The notes: generated by a model from the sequence alone, not told the origin. DNA of 63,647 nucleotides, filler included, from Guillardia theta CCMP2712 (GCF_000315625.1; 5 parts of 5 records of this genome joined end to end with filler, not necessarily neighbours in it); one strand, 5' to 3'. Counted from the whole stretch's first letter, positions 49,993-63,250 are shown. A program made the numbers and translations.

Positions 49993-52514
49993 CTAACAAC
50001 CTGCTTTCTTGCCACTCCTTACCTCCTCTGCCGCTCTTGCTTCACAGAGAGCAGCGTCAAGCTTGATTTTCGATTCATCCAAGGCATTCTTTACCTCTGT
50101 GAGCAATTCCTGCTTACAAGTGCAAGTTAGACAGCAAACCGAACTCAGAGACTCCTTTCTGACATGATTGGCACATGATTCACCTGCAAACATGCATCAG
50201 TGAAGAAAAAAGGCTTGGTTATCCATCAGATCAGCTACCAGCTGCAGTCTTGTTGAGCGTTGACTTCACAATGGCCAGTCTTTTCTCTGCTCCGTCTCGT
50301 TCTTCCAGCGCAGACAGAGCTTGCAAGCACTCCGACGAGCAGCAGCCTCGCATGCTCTGCATCACGATAAGAGAAGAGGGAGGAAGCGAGAGGGGGGAAG
50401 GAACGAAACGATGAAGAGGAGGAGAAGGAGGAGGAGGAGGAGGAGGAGAAGGAGGAGGAGGAGGAGGAGGAAAAGAAGAGGAAGCAAGGAAGAGGAGGAG
50501 GAGGAGGAGGAGAAGATGTAGACGCAGGGCTCCTGCACAACCTTACAACAGCTTGCACACTGTATGAACCTTCTTCGATGAAACGCGCGAGGGCAGTGTA
50601 TCATAGAACAGTCCGTCTGCCAGTCGCTGGGAGCTGAGGGAGAGGTGAGGTCGTGCAGGAGCAGGAGATTTCACCTCGACAAAGTTCGCAGCTGGACAGA
50701 ACCTCCTGCCCGATCCGCTGCCCTCCTACTTGAGTCCCGCAGCGCTGGTGAGATATTAGGGGGATTCAGAGATTGAAAAGAGGGGATGGGAAAGGGGAGA
50801 GTAGAGGGGAGGAGAGGAGAGGAGAGGAAAGGAGAGGAGAGGAAAGGAGAGGAGAGGAGAGGAGAGGAAAGGAGAGGAGAGGAGAGGAGAGGAGAGGAGA
50901 GGAGAGGAGTGAGGAGGAGAGGAGAGGAGAGAGAAGGGGATGGAAGAGGGAGAAGGGGGCAGGTGAAGTTGTGAGCGAATGATAGGATCTTGTCTAGTGA
51001 CAACAAACTGACTGAACTGTCTCTTTGTATGGCGCTGCCTGTCTGTCTGCCTGCCTTGATGTCTCTCTGTGTGTATGATGACTGGCCGGGAGCGAAGAGA
51101 AGAAGAGAGAAGAGAAAGACGATCACAGGCGAGCATAACCTGATCGAAGACATGGTTGACTCCAAGGAACTTGGAGCTGCAAGCAACGAAGGGAGTGAGA
51201 GAAAGGGAGTTGAGGCAAGTGTAATGATACCGCTGGTTTGTTTCTCTCAAGAACTTGCTGTAGTGAACAATGCCTCCCTGCAATGCAAAGACTTTGTTGA
51301 ACCTGACCCGAGCTAAGAGGGAAGTTGCGATATTGTTTGCGGACTGACCCCAACTTCTGAACGATGTATGCGTTTGCTTTCTCGCACCTGATCCCTCCAG
51401 TGCAGTAGGTCAAGATCTCCCTGTAATGGTGGTGAATTGAAGATGCACGGGATGCAGAAGAACAAAGTTGAGATCAGAAAGAGTACGATAATATCACAGA
51501 GAGAAAGATGAAATGGAAGGAGGTAACATGTGTCAACAAAGGTAAGGTGTAATCAGAGTAAAGCGATTTCAAACAACGAGAGGATGGGATCATAGCAAAC
51601 AAGAAGATTTCAAAGAAAACAGAATGAAATCACAAACAGAAGGTGACGTAAACAAAAACAAGATGATATCAAAGAATAGAAGGTGATAACAAACCATCAT
51701 GACATCATGAGATATGAAATCGAAGAAAAGAAGATGATTACAAAGTACAATGAGATACAAGTGAAGTTTACCGATCTTTGTTCTCATTTTGCAACAGATC
51801 GTCTAATATTTGCCAGGTCTCTTTGAATGTGGAGGTTGGCACAGGAGTTGCAGACTGAGAAGACAAAAAGAATCAACAACAGATGGAAAAGAAGATGGAG
51901 ATGCAGATGGAGATTATCGAGGGAGAGGTGGAGCGCGTTGAAGGAATAGTTGAAGGAGGACGATGACGAGGAGGAAGGAGTGAGCACAGAGCGGACAAGG
52001 AGGACAAGGAGGAAGACAAGAAGGACAAGGAGGAGGAGGATACGAAGAAGAAGAGAAAGGAGGAAGATGGGACTGAACCTGAAATCTGCCAATCTCGTAC
52101 TCGTAGATGTTCCTGATATCGAGAAGGAGAGGAGCTTGCGAAGACGGTGAGGAAGGGGAATGTGAAGGAGGGGAGGAAGCAGAATGTTTCTCCATCTCCT
52201 CCATTCTTGAATGCCATTCTGACAAGGGAAAGAGGGAGGGGGGGGTGGGGGGGAGAAGGAGGAGGGGAAGGAGGAAGAGGAGGAGGAGGAGGAGCAGGAG
52301 GAGGAGCAGGAGGAGGAGGAGCAGGAGGAGGAGCAGGAGCAGGAGCAGAAAAGGAACCAAGCAGCAGCAGCCAGACATGTCAGTGAGGGTGAGAATAAAT
52401 TTCAACTCTAACCAGCAGGCGTCAGCTTATTGCCGTTGTTGTTGATGTCAAGTGGGAATCCAAGACCATCCGACAGTACTTGCTGAGATTGAGAGTTACA
52501 AACTATTCTCTACG

Positions 52515-52568
<54 letters not shown>

Positions 52569-52794
52569 TCCTCCTCCTCCTCCTCCTCATGCAGCGCATA
52601 TTGACACTTTTGATTCCTCTGTTGACTACCTTACGATGTTTGACGGTCAACTTCTCGAACGGTTTCTGTGCATGGGGAACAACAACGTCGACATTCAGCC
52701 AGACGTCTTGCAGCTTGTCTGTCGACTTGATCTGTTGCAGCATCATCCTATCAGATTCAAGCGTCCTCCTCCTGCTCCTGCTCCTGCTCCTGCT

Positions 52795-52830
<36 letters not shown>

Positions 52831-52855
52831 CCTGCTCCTGCTCCTGCTCCTGCTA

Positions 52856-52903
<48 letters not shown>

Positions 52904-55151
52904 CCTCCTCCTCCTGCTCCTCCTCCTGCTCCTGCTCCTCCTCCTCGCTGTACACTCTTCTTCCTCCTTTTCTCAACGTACCCTGCTCATGCTCCTGCTC
53001 CCTCTCCTGCTCCTCCTGCTCCCTCTTCTGCTTCTCCTGCTCCTGCTCCCTCCTCCCTGTGCCCTCCTCGCTTCCCTCTCCTCTGCCTCGCCTCCCTGGT
53101 TTCCCTGCCCTCTCCATTCATTTTCAATCCTTGATCCTCGTTGCCCTGCTGGATATCCCTTCCCTCTTCATCCTCATCCTCTTCCCCTCCATCTGTTATC
53201 TCGCGCTTGTTGTAGATGCAGACTTCTGCATTTGTGATGAACAACCTGTTCTCCTCTCGTTCCCTCCTGCTTTCTCTTCTGTTCACATGCTCCTTTCTTC
53301 CCAGCGCTTTCTCTCTCTCTGCCCCTCGCCTCTCTCCCTCTTCAGCCCTCGTCCCCGTCCTCGTCCCCGTCCTCGTCCCCGTTCTCCTCTTCCTCCTCCT
53401 CTTACTGTATTTCGAAAGAGTGGGACGAGGCTGGCCGGTACCGCGAGCTGCAAAAGGACGTGAAAAGCACGTGAAGACGAGGAAGAGGAGGGGAGAGGGG
53501 CAGGGGGAGGGAGAAGGAGGGGGGAGAAGCGAGAGTAGGAGGAAGTGGGGGAGAGAGCAATCATGGAGGAAGGTGGAGAGCATTTGCGAGAAGAGAAGAA
53601 GAGAAGCAAGAGTAGGGGAAGTTAGAGGAGAAGTGAGGGAGGGAGGGAGGGAGGGAGGGAGGGAGGGAGCGAGGACGAGGAGGACGAGGAGGACGAGGAG
53701 GACGAGGAGGACGAGGAGGACGAGGACGAGGAGGACGAGGACGAGGAGGAGGAGAAATTGAATGCAATCGTCATGATCATTGACAAGCTCCTGAACGAAC
53801 ACACCTGGGCATTGATCCCTTCAGTTGCAACATACACTCTCCCGACAACATTCATAGGAGCCCAGGCTCCTATCAGTCGTTCTGCTCCATCATCACACAA
53901 GTACCGACAAGCATGTTGCAAGACTGACCAGCAAAAGCGTCCGGATCTTCTTCGTCGTAGAACTTGTAGAAGGATATCAGATTCCAGTAATCTTGACGGA
54001 TGTTGGAATCGTTCTCATCAGCCATCACAAGTGCAAGATGATTTTCTTGCCCATGGGACTTGAAACTTATACAGCAATGGCCAGCCATCATCGCACTTCG
54101 CTCTTGTGCTGTTGTTCTCACACCAGACATTTCAAGTCCTCCTATCAGATCCTCAAGTCCCTGACATGTCGAGTGACGAGAAACAAGGTCATGGCAGCAT
54201 GCAAGGGATGATTTCAAGCATACAAGTTGTCGCGATTGCTGCAGCTCCCGTTGCTTGCTCCGACGCTCAAGACGAGCAGCATGGTATAGAGCATGTCGCT
54301 GCTACAGAGTTAGAAAAAGGAAGACGAATGGAGAGGAAGGGAAGGGAAGGGAAGGGGGAGGGGAAGGGAAGTGAGAAGAGAACAGAGGGGAAGAGAAGAT
54401 AGAGGAGAAGGGAAGAGAAGCGGGAGAAGGGAAGAGAAGGGGAGGAGAGGGTAACAGGAGAGGAGAGGAAGGGAAGGAAAGTTCGAGATAGCAAGGGACG
54501 AGAGGCATGAGAAGGGAGAAAGAGAGCAGGTCAGACAGTCTTCAAGTCTTTGAATCATCAAGGTAGTGGCCGAATACCTGCTTGTAAGCAACACCCCTTC
54601 TAAACATGTGATCGGCAAACATCTTATCCGAGAAGATTCTCCTGTGAGTTTGAAGCATGTGTTCCTTCCTGTCCGAGCTCTCCTCCTCCTCTCTTCTCGC
54701 AAAGAGGTCTTCCAAGTCCGAGCAAGGTTCCATCAAGAACGTTTCATCAGGGCTGCTCTTCGATTCAACATGTTGCTTCTTGTTGTTTTCCACCGTGGTG
54801 CCTGTTTCACAGACAATCATCATCAGCATATACTTCCCAAAGATTGCAAGCTTTCAACCCACAAGACGTAAGGAAATTTCCAAACAAACGTAAGGGAAGC
54901 ATACTCGAATAGGAAGGTCGATTTGCAGATGAAGAAAAGATTCACTGTTGTATCACCTTCATACTTGGCGTGCGCTCCTTCGATAGAGATTCCTTGTCTT
55001 GTCACCCCGCACACTCCCTGTCATCGATGCCTTTGTCCGCCCTAGTACTCAGCATACTACTCGCCTCCCCCCCCCTCATCCTCATCGCCATTGAAATTCC
55101 TCCACCATGACCACTTAACCAGGACGACATGCTCGTCCCTTCCCTTCCTGT

Positions 55152-55215
<64 letters not shown>

Positions 55216-55307
55216 GCTCCTCCTCCTCCTCCTCCTGCTCCTGCTCCTCCTACCGCCGCTCCCATCCCTGCAGCCGCAACAGCTAGTATCGTCACGAGCG
55301 GGCGCAT
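49993..55307 (-). CDS. TrhO/YceA/TSTD2-family rhodanese-domain protein (putative tRNA U34 hydroxylase) with N-terminal leader; microsatellite-filled introns
   Basis: ISFYKF, GRVYVATEGINAQ, LLDIRNIYEYEIGRF, YCTGGIRCEKA, LQGGIVHY, FLGVNHVFD, C-terminal GCCSSEC. Confidence 0.88.
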
Positions 55308-56371
55308 TATTCTTCGTCAAAGGGACGACTGTACGGGTGGTTTTAACCACCAAAGACTGGGAGGAGTGTGGGTGGGGTAGTTTGTAGCCCTTTCAGTCTT
55401 TCATAGGCGTGCAGCCTTCACGGTTCGAATTGGCGTGTAAAAATTCAGTAGCGAGTGAGTTCTGATCAACAGCTGTGCGGCAAAAGTTTCGAATAGCTGG
55501 GCCAGTGGTGGGCTTTTTGCCGGGCCTGTCATTTATATCATGAAATGATTGCCCGGCGCTAGTCCGGGTCGGGCCGCGGGCCCGGCCGCGGCCCGGCCGC
55601 GGCCGGGGCACGCGCGGCCGCGCGCCCGGACTGACCATGAACTTTCTTTACTCAAGGTTAAGTTAAAAAATCAGTACGAGGCGAGGAGGCTGACCCTGAC
55701 GCACAGGCCAAACGGCCATGAATGGTGGGGATGTTCTCTTTACTCAAAGTTAAGTTAAAAATCAGTACGAGTGTTCTCTCAGTCCGTTCGGCGCGAGTCC
55801 AAGGGGGGGATCGAGTTAGCGAGTTTGATTCCGTTGCTGAGGCGACATGCCGCACAAGGAAAAGACTTGTTTTCACATTGCGACTGTAAGCAATCACGAT
55901 ACCAACTGTTTTGTTGCCTGGCCCTTTTATCGGGCCTTGCCGGGAGGAGGGGTCAGAGGACCAGGAATTACGGTCCTCGGGGGGGTGATCAGAGGTCTCG
56001 TCTCCCCACCTGTAAGTTACCGAAAAGACTTGTTTTCGATTTCCGACTAGACGCACTTCGAAAGGACCTCTTTTCATGAAACCTTTCCCCCAGGATAGGC
56101 AGCAGCTACGCCACCAGTAGAGCAGCGGGTACGATGCTGATGAAGCATCGGCTGTTGTGAGCAGAAAGGGATGTTCCTGTACTTAGAGTCAGCCTTGTCG
56201 ATCTCTTTCGCCTCCTCCTTGCTAGCTCAACGTTCCTGTCCTTACGCAAGAGTCCCAGTACGTCTAGAAAGACTTTAGAGCATCCCGACATTGAGTTATG
56301 CTGACTGTGTTTGACGCTGCTGACGTTTTCTCTCTCCAGGAGATCCAAACGATCAATCGCGGTCACTAGAC

Positions 56372-57130
56372 ATGCAGTCACAGTATCAGACGCCCTCCCT
56401 TCACAGCAGCCCCTCCTCTTCAAACGGCTCTACCACCCATGGCAGCTTCAGACCCCGCGTCCTTACAGCTGATCTCGCCTTCAAGATCTATCGGGAGATC
56501 CCCGCCGACCTCGACCAAACGTCCAACTCCCGCAAGAGCACCGAAGTCGCCATCAAGTACGGCACCAGCCCTAAGACAGTCCGTGACGTGTGGAGCCGCC
56601 GGACATGGTCTGAGGCGACCATGGCGCTGTGGACGGCAGAGGAGGTAGCAGAGAGGTTGAGGCGGAGGAAGCGAGGGCCGGGAAGACCGGTGGGGTCCAA
56701 GGATGCTCGGCCGAGGATGCGGAGATGCTTCAAGAAGGAAACGACTGGTGCAAGGGTGGAACAGCTGAGGGAGGTGAGAACCGAGGTGAAGGCGGAGCAG
56801 CCGCCGGCCCCTCCTCCATGCGCCATGCTCGGAGGATGGGAGGAAGGGGAGGCTTCAAGGACGTGCGGGGGAGAAGGTGGACACTGGGAACAGGATGGAT
56901 ACATGAACGCGGAGCAGGAGAGAGGGCAAGGTGGGGACGAGTGGGGAGAGAGGGAGGAGAGGGAGGAGAGGAGAGGAGAGGAGAGGAGAGGAGAGGAGTG
57001 GAGTGGAGATGAGTGGAGAGGAGATGAGTGGAGAGGAGAGGAGAGGAGAGGGAGCGACTGGTTGCAGATGAGCTATCCAGGTGCGGAGGCAGGCTGCCTT
57101 GCGATGTTGAATTTGCCTACCTGGACTTAG
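56372..57130 (+). CDS. Putative DNA-binding protein: HTH-like domain plus AT-hook
   Basis: LTADLAFKIY...STEVAIKYGTSPKTVRDVWSRRTW (HTH-like), then KRGPGRPVGSKD (AT-hook GRP). Confidence 0.7.
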   Translation: MQSQYQTPSLHSSPSSSNGSTTHGSFRPRVLTADLAFKIYREIPADLDQTSNSRKSTEVAIKYGTSPKTVRDVWSRRTWSEATMALWTAEEVAERLRRRKRGPGRPVGSKDARPRMRRCFKKETTGARVEQLREVRTEVKAEQPPAPPPCAMLGGWEEGEASRTCGGEGGHWEQDGYMNAEQERGQGGDEWGEREEREERRGEERRGEEWSGDEWRGDEWRGEERRGSDWLQMSYPGAEAGCLAMLNLPTWT

Positions 57131-57312
57131 TCGAGGAGTAATAGATGCGAGTTGTAAGGTGTAATAATAGATGAGAGAAGATCAGGCGAGTTATGCGATG
57201 GTGTACTGACTTNNNNNNNNNNNNNNNNNNNNNNNNNNNNNNNNNNNNNNNNNNNNTTAATTAATTAANNNNNNNNNNNNNNNNNNNNNNNNNNNNNNNN
57301 NNNNNNNNNNNN

Positions 57313-60300
57313 TTTTGACATGCTTGGCTGTAGTAGGCGTCGGCCAAGCGGAAATAGCAGCGGTCTTGGCGGTCTGCGTGGTCACACCTTCAGCAGACAC
57401 ATGATGACCGAGGAAATCGACACTGGTGCGAAAGAATTGAGCCTTAGATTTCTTGAGAAAAAGTTGATTTTGACGACAACGGTCCAAGACGGCTCGAACA
57501 TGATCAGCATGTTCTTCCCATGTCGAATAGGTGCCGATCACGATGTCATCGATGTATGCGAATGCAGCCGGAAGATCATGAAGGACTTGTTGAATAAATT
57601 CTTGAAAGATGCTGGTGGCTGTAACAAAGCCGAATGGCAGGCGCTTGTATTGAAAGCGACCTATGGGGGTGACGAACGCAACGTACTTGCGGTCGGAAGC
57701 GCGCACTAGCAGTTGCCAGAAGCTTTTGATACAATCCAAGGTAGTGACGCAGAGCTGCGTGTTAGGACGTCTAGCAGCCTGACCTTGGCGAACGATGTCC
57801 GCGAGACGTTCGAGCATCTCGTCGACCGTGGGAGTAGAGACTTTCGGTTGATTCAAGACGACCTGGTTCAAGCGGCGCAGATCACAGCAAAAGCGATAAC
57901 TCTTGGGATCAAGTGGGGAGCGAGGGTCGTTTGGGCGTCGAGAGAAGAGTACGGGAAAGCCAAACTCACTGGATGACGGCTCAATGATGTCATGCTCAAG
58001 CATATATTCGATGGTGGCTTTCAATTCGCCTTCCAGGTGAAGCGGCACGCGATATGGGCGGCTGTTAATAGGCAATGTCCCGGGCTTGAGATGAATCTCG
58101 GCTTCGAACGAGCGATTAAGCTTGAGGTTGGTCGGAAGATCGTCGACCAAGATGTCTGCATATTCAGTGCAGAGGTCGGCAGCTAGGCGAGCTGGGGTAC
58201 CCGTGAGGGGGTCGGTAGTGGATGCTGAGGACGAGTCCGGAGCGATAGCCATACATTGCACAAGGAACCACTCGTCCTCCGGATGGGCAGCGCGAAGGGC
58301 ATGCGCATCCGTCAGCGAGAGTGTTGTGACGGCCAGCACAGAGTTGTCGTAAGGAATCTGGTGCAGACTTGGCAGACAGACGGGCTTGGCTGATGACTTG
58401 CTGTCCACGTAGACTTCGCGTGTCTTGGGATGATAGACAGCGTTGTGAGCGTGTATCCACTGGAGGGAGAAGATCAGTGGCTGGGAACAATTCGGTAAGA
58501 TATGAAACGTATCTGTAAAAGAAAGACGTCCAATGCGATAGGTCAGCGAGATGGCGCCGAGAGTTTCCACGCGCCGATTGTCGGCGACTTGAACCACAAA
58601 TCGATGTTCGCGAGAAATGCGAGTGTCAGCGATTTTCAGCTGGCGAAGAAGTTGCTGGGAGACGATGTTGAGTGTAGCACCATGGTCCAGCAGAGCAACG
58701 GTTTCTGTTGCAGACGCATTCGAGGATGAACCGAAACAAACAGGTAAGCGAATGAGTTCGGGTAAGATGAGCTCGAGAGTAGCCGAATTGCAACTCTGAC
58801 TCGGGGCCAAGCAGGGGCAGAGGTTGATCTGACCCGTGGAAGAAGACGTGAGGGTGGTACACGTCGCAGGAGGCAGCACAAAAGAGCTTGGCAAAGACGT
58901 ACGGGTGCTGGAACCTGGTAAGGGAGGGGCATTAAGCGAATTGCCGGCAGGAAGGTCTGTGGACCCCCTCTTTCCTGCCGTCACTCGTTTCCCGAGGATC
59001 GGGCCGAGATGGTTTGGGAGGGCAGGCCAACAGGCTGAGTGTGGCGCTCCTCTTACCTGTTCTTGAGTAGCTTTCCAAGCTNNNNNNNNNNNNNNNNNNN
59101 NNNNNNNNNNNNNNNNNNNNNNNNNNNNNNNNNNNNNNNNNNNNNNNNNNNNNNNNNNNNNNNNNNNNNNNNNNNNNNNNNNNNNNNNNNNNNNNNNNNN
59201 NNNNNNNNNNNNNNNNNNNNNNNNNNNNNNNNNNNNNNNNNNNNNNNNNNNNNNNNNNNNNNNNNNNNNNNNNNNNNNNNNNNNNNNNNNNNNNNNNNNN
59301 NNNNNNNNNNNNNNNNNNNNNNNNNNNNNNNNNNNNNNNNNNNNNNNNNNNNNNNNNNNNNNNNNNNNNNNNNNNNNNNNNNNNNNNNNNNNNNNNNNNN
59401 NNNNNNNNNNNNNNNNNNNNNNNNNNNNNNNNNNNNNNNNNNNNNNNNNNNNNNNNNNNNNNNNNNNNNNNNNNNNNNNNNNNNNNNNNNNNNAGTGTCT
59501 TGAGCAAGGTCGTAGCACGCGCCAAATAAGCCCAAGCATTCTCCGAAGAGGACTGCTTCAGCTCGGCGAGTTGAGCCTGATAATCCTTGGAACGCATGGC
59601 GGGCGCCATGCTTTTGCGGAGCTTGATTGCCAAACTCGGTCCAGGAAAGACGATGGATGTCCATCTTGCGAGGGGATAGATACAATCGAGCATCACCATT
59701 TACCTCTCCCGAAATCAACGGGCATATGGATTGCACCCGGCATTTGGCTTCGGGGATCTCTTGCGAGGCCAGAGCTCGTGAACACTGCCGAAGAAAGTCA
59801 TCGATCGAACGTGTATCGGTCATACCCTTGTAGGTGGGGATGCGGCTCCCGTTAAATTTGGGCGCCACGGTGCCACCGTGGGAGTAGGCAGAACTTGGAA
59901 AGTGTCCGTCGAAGGCGCGGATGGCGGAGTGAGCTGAGCTGGCACGATGCTGTCCGATGGGACCTCAGGGGGACGGAATCATAGATGGAGCTGGCATCGG
60001 CGTGAGGACAGCATCCGACAGGGGCGCCTGGCCGGTCAGCATGGAGAGCTGAGGCGCCAGCACGGCAAGACTTGGGGTCATTGTCGGCTAAGATGGCACA
60101 AATGTGGCCGAGCAGTTGGAGGCATTTGTCTGTTTTAGCATCCAACGCTGCGAGGTGATCAGAAGAAAAATTTTCTGACCTGGGCAGACATGCAGGATTT
60201 GCAGAAGAGGCTGCTCGTGGTTGAGCTGTCTCGACTGATCTTGGAACATTTGGTTGGGAAGCGTCCTCCCCGATTCGGGCCCGTTGCTCCACGCCTGCTG

Positions 60301-60803
60301 GCATGATGCTTTGCATGTCTCCGCTCATAATAAGTTGTGTCGGGATAATCTCGGCGTCCGTTCCATGAGCACTAAGAATTTCCGTTTCCCGAGCAGGGGA
60401 GATCGATTCTTGAATCTCCATTCCCTCTTGTTCGCTACCAGAGTCTTCTTCTTGAATGAATCTTAACTCTGATTGTCTGCTTCTTGACGATGGGCTTCTC
60501 CCTGAAGCAGCTTGCTTTCTGTATCCTGTTCCTCTACCGTACTTCGATGGCATGAATGAACCAACTTCGCTTCCAGAATGTTGTATACACAACACAGAGG
60601 TTCAGAACGAGGCTAAGTAGAAGTTAGGAGATAACTTGAGAGCAAGAGAACAAAGGTAGACTACGTTTACTTAAGGTAAACTGCACACACGCACTGCGCA
60701 CGGTAGTGCATGCGCGTCAAAGGGAGGCCCTATTTAGATGTCAGGGCGGATACTAAGTACCCGTACGAGTATCCGAGACGTCCGGATCCTCACGGATACA
60801 ACA
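57313..60803 (-). mobile_element. Ty3/Gypsy LTR retrotransposon, partial (5' LTR, gag, protease, RT; remainder lost in gap)
   Basis: Protease ALLDHGATLNIV; RT RFCCDLRRLN, LPFGF, AYIDDIVI, FLGHHVSAEG; gag-like ORFs 59053-60595. Confidence 0.93.
60579..60803 (-). repeat. Putative 225-bp 5' LTR
   Basis: Termini TGTTGTAT...ATACAACA (8-bp inverted repeat), followed on the minus strand by TTC-TGG (PBS-like); second LTR not visible. Confidence 0.7.
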
Positions 60804-61249
60804 CATCCGACAATTTTGCATATCTGCAGAATGATCACACTACAGAGAGTGGAAGAAAGCAACATCACAGACTTACCGCAAAAAGTATTCGTAAATCGTG
60901 GATTGTAATGAATTCAAATCTTCGAAATGCGAGGTAGACCACTTTTCGATTCGGGAAAAAAGAGTTCGATGCTTTCTGTGCATATTACCAAGCTGTGTAC
61001 GAAGTCGATTTAAATGCTCATACATAGCAGTGGTTCCTGCATGTGGATTTCCAGATGCTTGTGTTTCGAAAACCTTCGTGTAATAGTGGAGAAAGTGGAC
61101 TTCAAATAAGGATACAGAACGAAGACTTAAACTTCAGATGCTGGGTCGCTGAAGTGAGAAGATTGACTACCGTGGCACCCCCTCCCCACCCATGCAGATG
61201 CCTTGAGGTGCTAGTGTATGAGGGGGACGAATGTAAGTGCCGGAAAGCC

Positions 61250-61639
61250 ATGACGGTAGACGGCAGCAGGAGGTCGAGCAAGAGGAGGAGGCTGGAAGGA
61301 TCAGACAAGACGAGAGAGGAAGGAGGAGAGGGAGGAGATGTGGATGCAGACATGGAGCAAAGAAGGAAAGGAAGGGGTGTATGCGAGCACGGGCGGGTCC
61401 GATCGAGATGCAAGGAGTGCGGGGGCAGCAGCATATGCGAGCACGGGCGGGTCCGATCGGTATGCAAGGGATGCGGGGGCAGCAGCATATGCGAGCACGG
61501 GCGGGAGCGATCGAGATGCAAGGGATGCGGGGGCAGCAGCATATGCGAGCACGGGCGGGTCCGATCGCAATGCAAGGAGTGCGGGAGAGGGAGCAGCAGG
61601 TACAAAAGCAGGGGAGGAGCTGATCAGGTGCGGACGTGA
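61250..61639 (+). CDS. Dispersed, diverged CEHG-repeat protein (4 repeats)
   Basis: SSKRRR N-terminus homologous to the array copies plus 4 CEHGRxRSxCKxCG repeats. Confidence 0.8.
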   Translation: MTVDGSRRSSKRRRLEGSDKTREEGGEGGDVDADMEQRRKGRGVCEHGRVRSRCKECGGSSICEHGRVRSVCKGCGGSSICEHGRERSRCKGCGGSSICEHGRVRSQCKECGRGSSRYKSRGGADQVRT

Positions 61640-62161
61640 GGCTGCTGTGTAACAGGATGACAGGCTTGCAGGGATGGCATGGTAGCGCTANNNNNNNNNN
61701 NNNNNNNNNNNNNNNNNNNNNNNNNNNNNNNNNNTTAATTAATTAANNNNNNNNNNNNNNNNNNNNNNNNNNNNNNNNNNNNNNNNNNNNGGAGGAGGTA
61801 AGGAGGGAGGAGGTAAGGAGGGAGGAGGGAGGAGGTAAGGAGGGAGGAGGGAGGAGGGAGGAGGGAGGAGGGAGGAGGGAGGAGGGAGGAGGGAGGAGGG
61901 GTTAAAGGAGGGAGAAAGAAGTGGAGGCAGGGTTGAGGGGAGGGGAACGAGAAGGTCGGAAATGGTGAACGAGTAGGGAAGAGGGCGGGGGGGGGAGGGG
62001 GTAAGGAGTGAAGATGAATGAGGAAGATGGCGAGGAAGGAGGAAGGGAAGTATGGAGGAAAGAAGAAACAGAAGGTCGAGACTCGGACCAGGACGAGGAT
62101 GGAGAGGAACGAACAAGGTGGAGCTGACAGGAAGGAGGAGGCCGGGAATGGGTTGCAAGGG

Positions 62162-63250
62162 TCAGGGAAAGGAGGAGTGTAAGGACCTGTACGCCTTCTG
62201 TGCCTGCACTGTTGTCTCAGGAGTGAGCTTGATCAGCCTCCCATCGCGGTAGGATCGGAACCACGCCCCCTCCTCCTCCACCTTCATCACTGTGTTGGTC
62301 CAGCCATGGCGACCGGAGCGTGACTTCATGTTCAGCTCGTCCTCGACGCTGCCGTAAGAGAGGGAGAACAGCTGGAAACCTCCCGAGTCTGTGATGATCG
62401 GCCTGTCCCTCCCCACAAACTTGTGTAGCCCTCCCATCTGGTCGATCAGCTCGGGTCCAGGTTGAACGAGGAGGTGGTAGGTGTTCATGAACATGAGCTC
62501 GCAGCCTGCATCGTCCGCTGCTCTGTGATCTACAGCCTTGAGGGCCCCGTTGGTTCCTACGGAGACGAAGCCTGGGGTGTTGACGATGCCGTGTGGGGTA
62601 TGGATGCGCCCGACGCGAGCCAGGGACTTTTTGGACTGGTGAACCAGCTCATAGTGGAAGAAGTCCTTCTTGTCGTATGCCCAGGAAGGGAAGTCGGAGG
62701 GAGGAGGAGGAGGAGTGAAGGGGTCGATGCCATTTTTCTTCTTCCGCTTGCTCTGCCTCACAACCTTTGCTGTCTCATCCTTCGCACTTTCATGGATCTG
62801 CCTTGCCACTGGAGCAAAACAAAGTTTCCTCCGGCAACTCAAAACAGTGCTGCTTACAATGTCAGTACAATGTCAGTTCAATGATTAATCAGGATATTAG
62901 CACTCAGGCACAACTCAAACAACTGCAAAGTGCCGTATCCCATGCTTCTCTCCATCACACGCTGAAAACTCAATCTATCCTTATCCAAAAGTTGCGATAC
63001 CCGTCTCTCCTCTCTCCTCTCTCCTCTCTCCTCTCTCCTCTCTCCTCTCTCCTATCGATCGATCCTCCCTCCTTTCCCCTCCCTCCTCCCTCCTCCCTCC
63101 TCCCTCCTCCCTCCTCCCTTCTCCTACTGTCGCACCTGCGTGTAGCCATGAGCGGCCGCTTCTCACTCCACCCCGCCTCAGAACCGGTGAAGGCAGTCAA
63201 AGGCGAAATAGGAGGAGCGTGAAGGGCAAAAGATGCTGATGGGGCTGAAT
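62162..63250 (-). CDS. tgt: Queuine tRNA-ribosyltransferase (TGT), partial; both ends uncertain
   Basis: ARVGRIHTPHG..TPGFVSVGT, NTYHL, ITDSGGFQLFSL, FRSYRDG, LTPE. Confidence 0.92.

Noticed and set aside
50235-54702. Numerous low-complexity ORFs on both strands
   Set aside because: They arise from simple repeats within the TrhO-like gene
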